Part shown: positions 12,650 to 24,614 of the stretch, one piece after another
How positions within the stretch are numbered: position 1 is the first letter of the stretch
How the letters are laid out: each line of letters starts with the position of its first letter
Made by a program: the position numbers and the translations under genes
Notes under the pieces: generated by a model
Database searches by the model: none
What the model was told of the DNA's origin: nothing
The model's input: the letters and a program-made list of their open reading frames with translations, nothing else
Source: Nemertoderma westbladi
Lineage: Eukaryota > Animalia > Xenacoelomorpha
Direction of reading: 5' to 3'
Assembly (NCBI GenBank): GCA_032718475.1
Contig: JAUCBJ010002310.1
Location: 1-56,343, forward strand
DNA: 56,343 nucleotides

Positions 12650-14452
12650 ATGTCGGCGGTGATCGGTGATGCCATCAATGATGCTGACGACAGCAGGCAA
12701 TCATCCCAGGCATGGAAATCGATCAATCTGCTTACTGGGCGGAAAAGCCAACCAACCACCAAGGTTAAGGCTGAATCACCAGCCGATCGCCTCAATGGTT
12801 GGAAAGCCCACTTTGAAAAGCTCCTCAATAATGACAGGGTATTGCCTGATAACTTTATAGAAGTAAAAGTGTCTGAGTCTGTACTCCCAGATATTCCCAT
12901 TGGCGATATCTCCTTTGCAGAAGTGAAGGCTGCTGCAAAGAGCATTAAGACCAATCGTGCCAGTGGAGTAGATGGTGTTCCCCCTGAGGTCTTTAAAATA
13001 CCTGAGTGTTTAAAGCTCATCTATCCCATCATAGTAGACATGTACCGAACAACAAGAGTCCCACAAGAAATGAAAACAAATAAGTTGGTGCCAGTTCCCA
13101 AGAAGGGCAACCTAACACTCTATGGTTCTTTTCGGGGAATCTCATTGATCTCGATTGCTGCAAAGCTATACAATAGGATTCTATTAAATCGCATCAGGGA
13201 TCCCATTGAGAGACTGCTCCGTGGAAATCAGAATGGGTTCCGTAAAGGTCGTGGTACCATGGAGCCCATTTTGGCACTTAGAAGGATAATTGAAGAGTTA
13301 TCAAAAAAGAAAGACAGGCATCTGGCTGTTATCTTTGTTGACTTCTTCAAGGCCTTTGATTCAGTCTCTCGCTCACGTATGTTCACCATACTTTCATTAT
13401 ATGGGATTCCTGATGAAATTATTGCAGCAATCAGATCAGTATACGATGGTTCGACAACATTTGTGTCTACTGTTGATGGTGACACAGAACCATTTGAAGT
13501 GTTATGGGGCGTCCTCCAAGGAGACACACTTGCACCATTCTTGTTCATTATTGTGGTTGACTATGTTCTACGCATGTCCTTAGATCATTATAATGATGAT
13601 GGGGTGATGATAACTCCACCTACTGGCTCCAGAAGTCAAGGAAATCCTGCCAAGTACCTAACTGATCTAGACTTTGCTGATGACTTAGGAGTACTCTCAG
13701 AAACATTAGAGGGAGCCCAACGGCTCCTCAGCTCATTAGAACATGCTGCTTCTAGTGTTGGTCTTTTTATTAACTCCAGAAAGACCAAAATTCTGACAGT
13801 TAACTTTGAAAGTCCTCAGCAAGTCTCTGATCGGATGAGCATAAGCTCAAACGATGGTATGCTTGAGCATGTGGACGACTTCTGTTACCTGGGATCATGG
13901 ATCCGGAAGTCAGGTGAGGACCTTCGAATACGTAAGGGAAAGGCATGGGCAGCCTTGAATAGGCTTTCCAGGATTTGGAAGTCACCGAGAATTAATCGGA
14001 AACTTAAGGTCCGATTATTTAGAGCAGCAGTAGTTCCAGTACTCCTCTACGGGAGTCCATGCTGGGCTCTAACTGCTGAGGACACCAAATCTCTGGATGG
14101 CACATTCACAAGAATGCTACGCCGGGTTCATTGTGTCAAGTACAATGCACACATCTCCAACCAGACACTATATAACATTGGAGGTGTCTCATTGGTTCCC
14201 CCAAGCTTGACACTAGAACAAAATCGCCTCCGCTTTGCAGGACATTGCTTTCGCCGTGAGGACCAGCCAGTGCATAATCTTGTACTTTGGCAGCCTCATG
14301 GAGTGAATAAGCATGGTGGACAGCCCATGACTTTCTTGAGACGCATCTTAAAGGACACTGGCCTTAAAGATGCGGATGATCTAGCAAATGTCATGGGTGA
14401 TAGGGAGTTGTGGCGGTGCAATTTTGTTGACAAGCCGGCACAGCATTCTTAA
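12650..14452 (+). CDS. Uninterrupted non-LTR (RTE) reverse transcriptase ORF lacking the endonuclease
   Basis: QNGFR, FVDFFKAFDSV, GVLQGDTLAPFLF, DLDFADD, YLGS, VLLYG motifs; the ATG at 12650 comes from flanking LTR sequence. Confidence 0.85.
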   Translation: MSAVIGDAINDADDSRQSSQAWKSINLLTGRKSQPTTKVKAESPADRLNGWKAHFEKLLNNDRVLPDNFIEVKVSESVLPDIPIGDISFAEVKAAAKSIKTNRASGVDGVPPEVFKIPECLKLIYPIIVDMYRTTRVPQEMKTNKLVPVPKKGNLTLYGSFRGISLISIAAKLYNRILLNRIRDPIERLLRGNQNGFRKGRGTMEPILALRRIIEELSKKKDRHLAVIFVDFFKAFDSVSRSRMFTILSLYGIPDEIIAAIRSVYDGSTTFVSTVDGDTEPFEVLWGVLQGDTLAPFLFIIVVDYVLRMSLDHYNDDGVMITPPTGSRSQGNPAKYLTDLDFADDLGVLSETLEGAQRLLSSLEHAASSVGLFINSRKTKILTVNFESPQQVSDRMSISSNDGMLEHVDDFCYLGSWIRKSGEDLRIRKGKAWAALNRLSRIWKSPRINRKLKVRLFRAAVVPVLLYGSPCWALTAEDTKSLDGTFTRMLRRVHCVKYNAHISNQTLYNIGGVSLVPPSLTLEQNRLRFAGHCFRREDQPVHNLVLWQPHGVNKHGGQPMTFLRRILKDTGLKDADDLANVMGDRELWRCNFVDKPAQHS

Positions 14453-14508
14453 AAATGCAGCTGCAATGCAGCATGCCGATCCTAGTAGTAGTAGTAGTAG
14501 TAGTAGTA
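12668..14508 (+). mobile_element. 5'-truncated RTE-clade LINE nested in the BEL LTR
   Basis: TSD GGTGATCGGT (12658-12667, 14509-14518), present once in the other LTR; (TAG)n tail. Confidence 0.95.
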
Positions 14509-14865
14509 GGTGATCGGTAGTACCGCATTGATATTGCATTGATATGTGGATTGCAGTGCTCCAGGTGTTATTATTCAGTTGGTGGCCAGATAATAGATTT
14601 ACGTTCCTATAATCAAAGCCATCTAATGTTTGGCCAAAGTCTGAAACTTCTACAGAAGCACAGAATAATTTCTAAGCCGATGTTCTGAGGCTCAGAAAGG
14701 TAAACAAAGACCATAATGCATTGTGCGGTTTTCCGTAGGCCTCTGTACAAGACAAAACGAAAATCGCTCTGATTGGCTGAGCAGAACAAAGAGAGGTTCC
14801 ACGTTTACAGTAAATCAGCTGACAGATTTCGTCATCTGAATTCCAGTCTTTTAGAGTATTAGGCG

Positions 14866-15009
14866 CATTGCGGCAGAAAATGGCTTGTTATGTCCGCTAA
14901 AGCACCTACACGGTACATTGCGGAGAAAATGGCTTGTTATATCCGCTAAAGCACCTACACGGTATATTGCGGAGAAAAATGACTTGTTATGTCCGCAAAA
15001 GCTTTTACA
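14866..15009. repeat. About 3 x 50-bp tandem repeat at the LTR U3 end (also ~27162-27306)
   Basis: ATTGCGG..AAAATGGCTTGTTATGTCCGCTAAAGCACCTACACGGTA at 14866, 14916 and 14966. Confidence 0.9.
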
Positions 15010-15087
15010 CCGCTCCCAGAAAATGGGATTTAATTCTATAAAATATAAAAAATCACAGTTTATAAAATATAAAAATACTCTAAACAG

Positions 15088-16641
15088 TTAGTCCTTCTTA
15101 CGCAAATGGCGTTTACGCAGTTTTTTGAGGCTAGCAAGAGTCCTTTTCTCTTTGGGGCGAGCCACTTTACTAGGAGGGCTATAACTCCTAGGTGAAGGGT
15201 GCAATACAATTGCATCAGAAGGTTTAGGGTTACGGTCGGTGTATCCGCCGGTCGAGGTACCCGGTTGATCGGTATCAACCTCAGTGGAACGAGGTCGAAC
15301 AACCTTGAGAGCGTGTTTTAAGACAGCAGCTCTTACTGGTCCCTGATGGGTCGTTTCCACGAGAGCGGTAGGTGGACCGTGTGTAGTGAGAAATTTCCTC
15401 GGTTTGATGGTTCTTTCCGACTCGCATTCTCGGGCTCTGTCGAAATCGATATGCTTCTCCTTGAGCTGATTTTCCTCCGCTTGTCGATGGAAGCATTCGT
15501 CCAAAACTCTTTCAGAGAGTAGGGTCGTCCAAGTTCGATATCTTCTTAGAGATTCTGGATTTCCCGATCGAACTGAGATAAAGCTAATTCGTTTACCGTT
15601 TGGACTTGCTGCTGCAATTTACGTTTCTCTAAACAATCGTAGGTTCCCTTTCCGATCTTTTGTCGAATAGTGTCTAACGCATTTCGTACAACTCTCTCCT
15701 CCACCTTGGTGACAGGTTGTATCGGGGTTAAACTGGGACGTTTATGCGGGTTGAACGGCGATATTAAATGTCCGCGTCCCAATCCAGCTAGGTAGGATGG
15801 GCGAATATCTAGGGAGCCCACAACCGGAGTGCCACCGACTAATTGTTCAGGTAATACTAGATCTTTGAACAATGAGTACAGTTCAGGAGGATCCGTCATA
15901 CTATTAGGATCAAGAGTCTGAGGTCTCACCAGGGAATGAGGAGGACTGACCGAGTATTCTGGAACTCCTATCATAGGTTTATTTAAGGATCGTTTGAGTC
16001 GAGCGAGCATAGGTGATACGTCGAACAAGTTTCGCTCGAAACTCCCTTAAATATAGCGAGTAAAACTGTGTTTAGCGCAACGTCTCCGCGGATGTTTATG
16101 TCTTTCCGTGTGTTGGTTGGGTCTAGGGCATTCATCGTAATAATACCAAAGACGCATGTCTTGTAGGGGAAATGCGGGTGATCTTTCTCCAGTTTTACAA
16201 TGTCTCTCTCAAGAATTCCAAATATACGTTGAAGTCACTGCGTTTATCCGGTTCTTTAATGTCTTCTCTTTCGAGTTGGTTTTGAATAGAATTTTCGTGT
16301 TCGATTCTCAGTTTATCGTTCCTACTCCGCTGGGTATGATATTTAAATAGGATCATTTCCCTTTCGGTGTCTACATCGTCCATATCATGTAAATCGATAG
16401 GATGGCCAGTAGTTAAGAAGTCTATATACGTACCATTACGATGCGTGTAGCGAGCGGTGAATTTTCTATAGTCCAATTCACGCATGAGCTGTTCCTTTGA
16501 CATTGGCGGTTCGATATAACGGCCATCGTCCTCCATAGTGGGTGGACTAGCGTCGCCGCCTATTAAACTATCAACAAACGCTTGCAATGGTAGGGTATAT
16601 CGCTCCCTGATACCAAGATCATCTTCTATCAACTCAGTCAT
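15088..16641 (-). pseudogene. Frameshifted accessory ORF of unknown function inside the BEL element
   Basis: Sense-strand ORFs 16641-16195, 16028-15546 and 15504-15088, plus a bridging open frame (GILERDIVKLEKDHPHFPYK...), tile ~1.55 kb between integrase and the 3' LTR. Confidence 0.65.
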
Positions 16642-18365
16642 AGCTGCTATATGAGTTTATCGATATTATAATCTATTATAATTTAGGCTAGCGGTCGTTG
16701 CTGCCTCCCCCTCAATGCCCCCGGACAGCGCAAGCTCCTCAGCGCTGATGTACTGTCGCCGCTGTGTCTATCGCCAACGTAGTAGCTACACATCGACAAC
16801 AACAACCAGCGCGAGTCACTCCACTGTCCGTCCCAAGGGCTTAGATTTACTTCAGGTTCTTACTGCAGAGGTAGGGCTACTTTCACAACTGCGACTCGCT
16901 ACTGTAAACACACTTTAGTAGTAACATTCACCTATAAACGCACAAATTCCACACAACTGTCACAAATTGTACACATTCGGGCCATTTGTCTGTTAGTCAA
17001 GTGCCTTCCAGAATGCCACATTATTATTATGTATCCCTGGATACCAGCAGTGTGCTATTTATTCTGTATGCTATTCAATGGGGCAAGCTTTCTATTGTTC
17101 CTCTAACTCGCTTCCAATTCTAGCGTGGTTGTTGCTATGGTGACATTATGGAAAGCTAGCAGTAGAATTAGGGTAATTCTCATGCATACAGATCTGGGAT
17201 GCTATTTAATAGTAATTCTTTAATTGTCAATATTCCCCTTTATACATGATTTTATGAATTTTATCTGCTATTTACTGTACACTGGAGATATTGGAGATTC
17301 TCGCACACTAATATACTTAATAAGGTGAATCTCCGCTCCCATGATCTATTAATTAATGGAATTTTGGGAATGTTATAAATTGTATAAAATGACAATTTAT
17401 CAAATTCATGAGAGGATATGAATTTAAATTTATTCCCGTAAATTTTATTATTTAATATTAAAATAGACACAATTTTATTCCAGAACATGTCTGGGGACTA
17501 GGATCCTTAATTCTAGAAAATTTGTCTTTTTAAGAGTATCGGTAAGTGCTACGATATCTTAATCGACTAGAATTTTAAAGGATCTAAATTTTAACAGATT
17601 TTGATTTATAGATTTTCTAGAGTTAAGTTGTAAGCATTTACTCTATTATATTTGTTTTGACAGATTTTACAATTATTTATTAAATATTTAATATTTAAGA
17701 TGGGCACCGATTTATTCCAGAACATGTCTGGGGACGTTAACCACTGATTCTAGAATTTTGTCTTTCAAGTATATCGGTGGGTGCCGCGATATCTTAATCG
17801 ACTAGAATGGCAGATGGTCAAAGGGTTTAACAGATTTATTTTGCGTTTTACGCTACTGTTAAAGGGACATCACGCTACTATATGTATTATTTAATATACG
17901 GTATGAGAGCAATATTGCAAGAAGCAATGTCAGTGAGAAGAGGCAAGTCGTTTCCAAGGTCTACCCAGAGCTTGGTTTAGCCGAGACACGAGGATCTGAA
18001 CTTTGCATTCCTAATACTCTACTTACCAATAATACTTGAGTATAGTAGGAGCTTTATTGTACTTTAATAAGTACGGATATTTCATCTTACTGTAGTCACG
18101 TATTTATAATATGATACGGACAGTAAGGAAAGAGAAAAAGAATTATTTCTCGCCGTTGCACTAAATATATAATGTTAAGTAATTAAGTAATAAACACGAA
18201 TATATATATTGCACTAATCTACTAAACAATCGCTAAAATAACATTCTACTAAATAAAATTAAAGAAAACGATTATAATAATAAAATTACGTAATAATACA
18301 TACATAAATATAAAAATAATAAAAACATATAAAATAATATAGTCACACACCCACTCCAGACGCGG

Positions 18366-20222
18366 TTACGTTGGGGAGTCCCTAGATGTTTGTTGGATTA
18401 GGGAGGTGGTCGTGGGAAGAGTATCTTGCCTTCCATAGTTTCCGGATAGTTCTCTGTCTCTTTCCAGTAAACATAAACGACCAACTGGGCGATTGAGCTG
18501 CTGTGTTTCGAATACAATTCCAGGTTTCTTAAAGTTACGTCGCATGACGACGAGTTCTACCGATCGCACTAAACCATCATCGGATATATGAGTCTCGATG
18601 ATACGACCTGTCTGCCACCGCTTACGTGGAAGATCTGATTCCACAATAAGGACCATGTCTCCGGCGCTGACGTTTTCTTGCTGCGCAAACCACTTGGTTC
18701 GAAGTTGTAGCGTAGGCAGATAATGTTTTTCGAAATGGTCAGCGAAACGACGGGATAATAACTGCATAAGTTGCCAAGTTTGTCGGCAGTATTCGTCTCC
18801 ATCTGTGATTTCCGATTGTGGGAGCATGGCTACAGGTTTCTTCAGTAGGAAATGCGCGGGTGTTAGCGCTTCTAGGGAGTCGGGACTCGATGAGACTGGC
18901 ATAAGCGGTCTCTCGTTAAGATAGGCGGCGATTTCTTCCATTAACGTCCGCAAAAGTTCGTCGGTGAGATACGCGCGGCATGGCACTATAAAGTGAAATG
19001 CGGTCTTCACGCTCCTTATTAATCTCTCCCAACTTCCTCCCCACCAAGGGGCGTCGGCGGCGTTGAAGGTCCAGCTAGATGCTGTTACCCTTAGCTGATC
19101 GTCCACCTGTCTTTGGTTCCAATCTTTAACGTAAGCTTTGATCTCATTATTGGCGCCAATGAAGTTCGTTCCCTTATCAGATCTCATCGTGTTGCTAGTT
19201 CCAAAGCGAGCGATCTGTCGGCGTAAACTCAGTATGAAGCTGTTGGTAGATAGATCGTTCACCATATCTAGATGGATCGCTCTACAAGTCATACAGACAA
19301 AGATGACACACCATCGCTTGACTATAGTCCTAGCACGATATACTTCAATAGGGCCAAATAAATCCACACCGGTATTAGTAAAGGGTGGTTCATAGAAGCT
19401 TACTCGTTCCCTAGGTAATTCTGCCTCTCGCTGTGTTAAAGGCCTACTGAATGCTTTCCTACAGGGTATACAGTTCCTAAGAACTTGGTTCAGAGCTCTA
19501 CGGGGTTTATGAAAATAATAGCGAGTTCGAATTTCGCTAAGAACTCGTTCTCTACCAGCATGGTAAAGCTTACTGTGAACATCTACAATCATCTTGATTT
19601 GTATTTCAAGATTTCTAATGAGTATGGGAAACTTAGTGTCAAAGGATAATGGAGCATTAGTTAATCTCCCTCCAACACGTATTAACCCATCTATCATGGT
19701 GCTAGAGAAACGATCCCTTAAGCGCATCTGTGGATTTCTCAACAACAGGAAATACTTATCGGAATCTTCATAGCATTGCAGGAGTCTCAGTATCTGCTTA
19801 TTGGTTTCTTCATGCTCCTGGTAACTGATCTTCTCCTTCAGAAACCTATCCGATACTTTGTATTTGGGAAGATCTTTAATAGCATGGACCTGCGCGGATG
19901 TCAGTGGAATGGTATCACTAGCGATCTTCGTCCTGGAGTAGTGATGATGGAAGCATCGCTTTAAATACACAACGGCCTTACAAAGCCGATTCCAGGAGAT
20001 ATAGTGATTTATCGCTCTCTGCAGGAGAGGTGAGAGTCCCTGCGAGACGTCGGGTGTTCCAGATTTCCAGTCTCTTTCTCTGATTTCCACAACAGACTTA
20101 TTTGTGGCGGGGGAGTTTAGATCCACAGCGTCGTCCCCGGAAATGTGTAGTCCAGACAGATCTATCACGGGTTTAAATAACTTTGATTTACTCGTCCGGG
20201 TTTTAGGTTTGACTTTCTCCAC
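18366..20222 (-). CDS. BEL pol C-terminal part: integrase
   Basis: GLIRVGGRL, H-x3-H...C-x2-C zinc motif, TGVDLFGP, SDKGTNFIGA, PWWGGSWERL, LNERPL, LTPAHFL. Confidence 0.93.
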   Translation of the reverse strand: MEKVKPKTRTSKSKLFKPVIDLSGLHISGDDAVDLNSPATNKSVVEIRERDWKSGTPDVSQGLSPLLQRAINHYISWNRLCKAVVYLKRCFHHHYSRTKIASDTIPLTSAQVHAIKDLPKYKVSDRFLKEKISYQEHEETNKQILRLLQCYEDSDKYFLLLRNPQMRLRDRFSSTMIDGLIRVGGRLTNAPLSFDTKFPILIRNLEIQIKMIVDVHSKLYHAGRERVLSEIRTRYYFHKPRRALNQVLRNCIPCRKAFSRPLTQREAELPRERVSFYEPPFTNTGVDLFGPIEVYRARTIVKRWCVIFVCMTCRAIHLDMVNDLSTNSFILSLRRQIARFGTSNTMRSDKGTNFIGANNEIKAYVKDWNQRQVDDQLRVTASSWTFNAADAPWWGGSWERLIRSVKTAFHFIVPCRAYLTDELLRTLMEEIAAYLNERPLMPVSSSPDSLEALTPAHFLLKKPVAMLPQSEITDGDEYCRQTWQLMQLLSRRFADHFEKHYLPTLQLRTKWFAQQENVSAGDMVLIVESDLPRKRWQTGRIIETHISDDGLVRSVELVVMRRNFKKPGIVFETQQLNRPVGRLCLLERDRELSGNYGRQDTLPTTTSLIQQTSRDSPT

Positions 20223-21960
20223 TCTCTTGGTTTGTCTAATCTCAGCCGTGGTAAGATGAGGAGGCCATTCATCTTCTTCTTTACTTAGGAAGTCGGGTCC
20301 ACCTAACCAGTCCGGAGTATCTATCAGTTCTTGAGGAGTTGCTCCTCAGGAGGCGATGTCGGCTGGATTAATCGTCCCAAGGCAATGTCTCCATTGATCT
20401 ACATTAGTGCGATTAAGTATAATGGCTACTCTGTTGGTAACGAAGACGCTGAACTGACAGACTTCATTGGTTATATACTCCAAAACGAGTAAAGCATCAG
20501 TCCAATAGACAGTTTTCTCCAGTGGATAGTTGATCTGTTCTGTTACATTCCGGCCGATGGCTGTAGCGTATAGAGCCGCCTTTAACTCCGCTCATGGAAC
20601 TCGTAGTTTGTTGTTGATCAAGGCCTTAGAGGTAACCAAGGCAACTTTAATTCCATCCGGAGTTTCAACCCTCAGGTAGGCTACTATACCTATTCCCATA
20701 TCACTGGCATCTCCAAACACATGGAGTTGATAGGAATACGTGGGGAGAACGTGACCAAAATATGAACGGGAAATCGCAAAGTTCTCGATGGATGGTAGAG
20801 AATCTTCCCATTTCATCCACTTCTTTAGTAGTTCTCCCTTGAGTGTTTCGTCCCATGAGTGGTTTTCTAGCCACATTTGTTGCACTAAACTCCGAGCAAC
20901 CAATATAACTGGGCTAATAAATCCCAATGGATCGAAATAAGTGCTCAGGATACTTAGACAAATCCGTTTAGTTCGAACTGGATTATCTCGCTTTTTTAGC
21001 TGGAAAAACAGGATATCTCTCTCCATGTCCCATTTCAAACCAAGCGTCTTGGTTTCCGGAAGATCGTCCTTGATAAGATCCAGATCTTTAACACCTCGGT
21101 CTTCTACCGGGATCGATTCCAGAAACTCACGGGAGTTGCTAGTGAATTTGGTTAGTCGAAATCCACCGCGTTTCAAGCACTCTACCGTTCCCTTGGCAAC
21201 ATCAATGGCTTCTTCCACTGATGGGAGGGACTTTAAATTGTCGTCCATGTATATATCCCGTTTGATGTTGTCGATAACTGCTTTAGAGAAGGCGTCTCGG
21301 TTGTCATCAGCAGTGGTACGCACTTCTGAACAAGCGTTCGAGGGGCTCGAGATGATCCCGAAAGCCTGGATGGTCATCCAGTACTCCACCGGTTTTTGGT
21401 TGAGGTCTCCTTCAGGCCACCACAGAAATCGTAGGCTGTCTCGATCCCTATCCAGCACCTTGACTTGTAAGAACATGCCTTCTATATCCGAAGCGAAAGC
21501 GATAGAATATTGCCGTAATCTTAAGAGTATTCCCAACAACGATTGGAGTAAGTTGGGTCCCGGCAATAACTCAGAGTTAAGGGATTGGCCCATGTAAAGG
21601 GCGGAGCCGTCAAATACTACACGGACTTCGTTGGGTTTACCGGGTTTGGGAACGTAATGATGTGTTAGATAATACGTTCTCTCAGTTATGGGCGTTTCTT
21701 CCGGTACTCGCTCCGCGTATCCCTTATCGATGAATTTCTTCAGCTGGGTCTTATACATCTCTTTAGCTGAAGCATTGGCCGTAAGACGCCGATGTTGTTG
21801 CTTGATTCTCTTCTCCACTAAGTGTCGGTTATTTATAAAGTTGGGTTCTCGCCGTCGGAACGGAAGACCAATCTCATACCTACCTTGATCTTTAAGAAAA
21901 CGGGTAGTCGTTTCCTGAATCTGCTTGGCTCTCTACTACTCGACACATAGGGCCTTGTCG
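20223..21960 (-). pseudogene. BEL pol: reverse transcriptase and RNase H, interrupted
   Basis: VRVVFDGS, SLNSELLPGP, DIEGMFLQV, YMDD, FDPLG, LHVFGDAS in ORF 21818-20592. Confidence 0.92.
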
Positions 21961-21966
21961 TAGGAA

Positions 21967-24229
21967 TTAGGCTCTACGGCAGATGTCTTCGGCTAGTTCT
22001 TTGTCGATGAATGTACCTGTGCTGCCAGAGTCAAGGAGGGCGTTCACTATTAAACTTTTCCCTAGCCTGTGGACTCTCAGCTGCACTACAGGGAATTCCT
22101 GGATTCCGACGTTGGAAGTCGGCGCTTTCCAAGATGGTTGCCAGTCTGGAATAGTCAGTTGCGCTTCATTATCAGTGTCAGTCTCATACGTAAGCGCTCG
22201 ATACACCGCAGTGTTTATCATATAACAGGATTCGTTTTCGTCGGAAATTTCGTCCGTGTAAAATCCTTCCATCTCAGAGCTGTGGTCAGTGTCGTTCACA
22301 TCACTGAATTGGACATGTAGTTTGGGCTCACTTACCTGACTCGTGCAGGTTCTGTAAAATTCTGTATGCAGCAAGATATGATGTTTCGCGCCGCACTTAG
22401 CACACCTGGCATATGAGTAACAGGTCCGCCGTTGGTGTCCTCGTCTGAGGCAATTATAACACAACCGCTTATCCCACATGACATCACGTCTATCCTTTAG
22501 GGATTTCTTCAAGAATCCATCACATCCACTTAAACGATGGGGCCCGTCGCACAATGCACATTTGGGTTTGATGTTACTTACTTTAACTTGTGTGGTGTTG
22601 TGCACACTTGTTCTTTCCTCGGGCTTTCTTCCATGAATTATCTTAGGAGACGTAGGAGGAGTTTTTGTTACCTGTTCTCTCCTGTCACTGGTTCGAGACT
22701 TAGATTTACTTTACGTCTTTCGGTGTTTTGTTGACATAGTAAGATCTTTTGGTGTCTTTCCCGCTGTTCTCCTCGTGGGAGGTTTGGCTTTCGCCGTCGT
22801 CTGTATAACACACTGGTGTTACCTTTCTCCTAGAAATGGGTTTTTCACTCACCTTATTTTCCGGTGTCTTCTCTCGGGACTGCTTTAGGAGCTGTAATCT
22901 TACCTCTCCATTTAAGAATGATATGAGATCAGCCATGGTAGGGTCTCTTTGTTGCTGGTCCATCATATAGAGCACTCTTTTGTCCTAACGCGTACCTACT
23001 CCACCCTTTGGCAAAGTAGATGCCACGGCTCCAACAACCATGGAACTCTGATATTCATGAGACTTACCTAACCAATCTAACTGTCTACAGATCTCCTGGA
23101 TCTCATCGGAAAATTCTATAATCCCGCTGCTAAGAAACTTTCGGGGCGCTACTAATTTTGCATACAAATACCTAGCTATGTTAGTCCTATTACCGTACCT
23201 GATGTTTAGTGTATCGCAAACTTGTCTTAATCCATCTGGATGTCCAATAAACTTTAACGCCATTAACTTGGGAGGTCCTTCCAAGCACTCGATGAGGAAT
23301 CTTAGTTTCTCTCCGTGGGATAGTATGGAACCCTGTATGTTATCTTTATAATATTCATTAAAAGGTAACCATTTCATCTCATCTCCTTTGAACTTGACGA
23401 TCTTTCCCACCTTTACCACTTGACGGGCTTCGGTTCTAGCCATTTTGACGCGTAAAACTTTCTTGGGCCATCGTATTATTTAATATCGAGTTATCGGTAT
23501 ATAAATTTCTCGGATTAGGATCAGGTCTATATGGAATATCATTATTATTACTCCCTCACTATTAGGGTGAAGTCCAGCTAGCCGTCTCCTTAACTCTTTG
23601 TCACCTATAAATCATTGATAGTCCGACAGAGAGATGTCAATAACGTCCTTCTTCTGAGGTTTCTCTGATGTAACGTCGCTTTCCACCTGAGAAAAGGTAG
23701 TGTCTGTTGATTCTCTGTGGGTCGCGCGCTCAGTTAGCTGAATTTTCCATTGGGTTGTTCCTTGGACTTTAAGACTCACCCGTTGGAACCAAGTCTTTAC
23801 GGCGACTTGCAACGACGTGTCTTGGCTTCTATTCGAGGCTTCCTCAAAGGCTGAAAGGATTAGTCTGATCCGTAAAATTCGTTCTCGCACTTGATAAACC
23901 TCTTCTGCCATCCTTGCTCCGATTTCGGGTGTCAACTCTACAGTGTCTGAACTGCTAGAGTTATCGGGCCGCTGAGAAATAAATTCTCGGTTCGGGTGTT
24001 GCTGCTGTTTAACAGCAGCCTCTTGGTCCCTCTTGACTTGAGCCCGAGTGCCTATGATAGACCTACGGTGCTTGACTAGCCTAGGGTCTGATACTACTAC
24101 TGGAGGGATGACCTTTCTTACAGTAGGAGGGGACTTGGACTTTGGTCTCAGATGTTCTGCACTACTATCTGAGTCGCAGACTGTTCTTTCTAGGAGACTA
24201 TCTGACAGTGTTTGTTTTGTGTCAGCCAT
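21967..24229 (-). pseudogene. BEL gag (three Cys/His knuckles) and aspartic protease, fragmented
   Basis: CALCDGPHRLSGC, CYNCLRRGHQRRTC, CAKCGAKHHILLH; protease LLDSGSTGTFI; KFKGD..W..F...KLRFL gag segment; several frameshifts. Confidence 0.88.
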
Positions 24230-24365
24230 GTTTGATTATACAGTTGAATGTCTACTACTATAACGACAGTTAAAGCAAGTCTAGTAATTCAGTATCCACT
24301 GTAAGCCTAGTAATTAATTACCGATACCGTTACTCAGTGTAACATGATATATATACAATATATTA

Positions 24366-24614
24366 GAATACCGGTATACACTTATAGTATATATATAAGT
24401 ATTATTACAGACTAGGATTAGTCACAGAATACCGGTATATAATTTCGGCCTAAATTTATATAAATAAATATAATAAGCCTACTGTGAATACCGGTATACA
24501 CCAATAGTATATATAAGTATTATTATAGACTAGGATTAGTCAAAGAATACCGGTATATAATTTCGGCCTAAATTTATAGAAATAAATATAATAAGCCTAT
24601 TGTAAATACCGGTA
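24366..24614. repeat. About 2 x 120-bp tandem repeat in the BEL 5' leader
   Basis: AATACCGGTA-anchored units repeated almost identically. Confidence 0.85.

Larger units (their letters stand above)
11997..15009 (-). repeat. BEL 3' LTR (~1.17 kb) interrupted by an RTE LINE
   Basis: 11997-12667 and 14509-15009 align with 26118-27306. Confidence 0.93.

Noticed and set aside
11076-14508. A single twin-primed inverted LINE insertion
   Set aside because: Each copy has its own TSD and tail, and the BEL boundary lies between them.
15088-16641. env gene in the BEL element
   Set aside because: No signal peptide, TM segment or Cys-rich ectodomain visible.
20941-21597. 218-aa + strand ORF and similar antisense ORFs (3773-4270, 12613-13020)
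   Set aside because: Antisense shadows of recognised coding regions.
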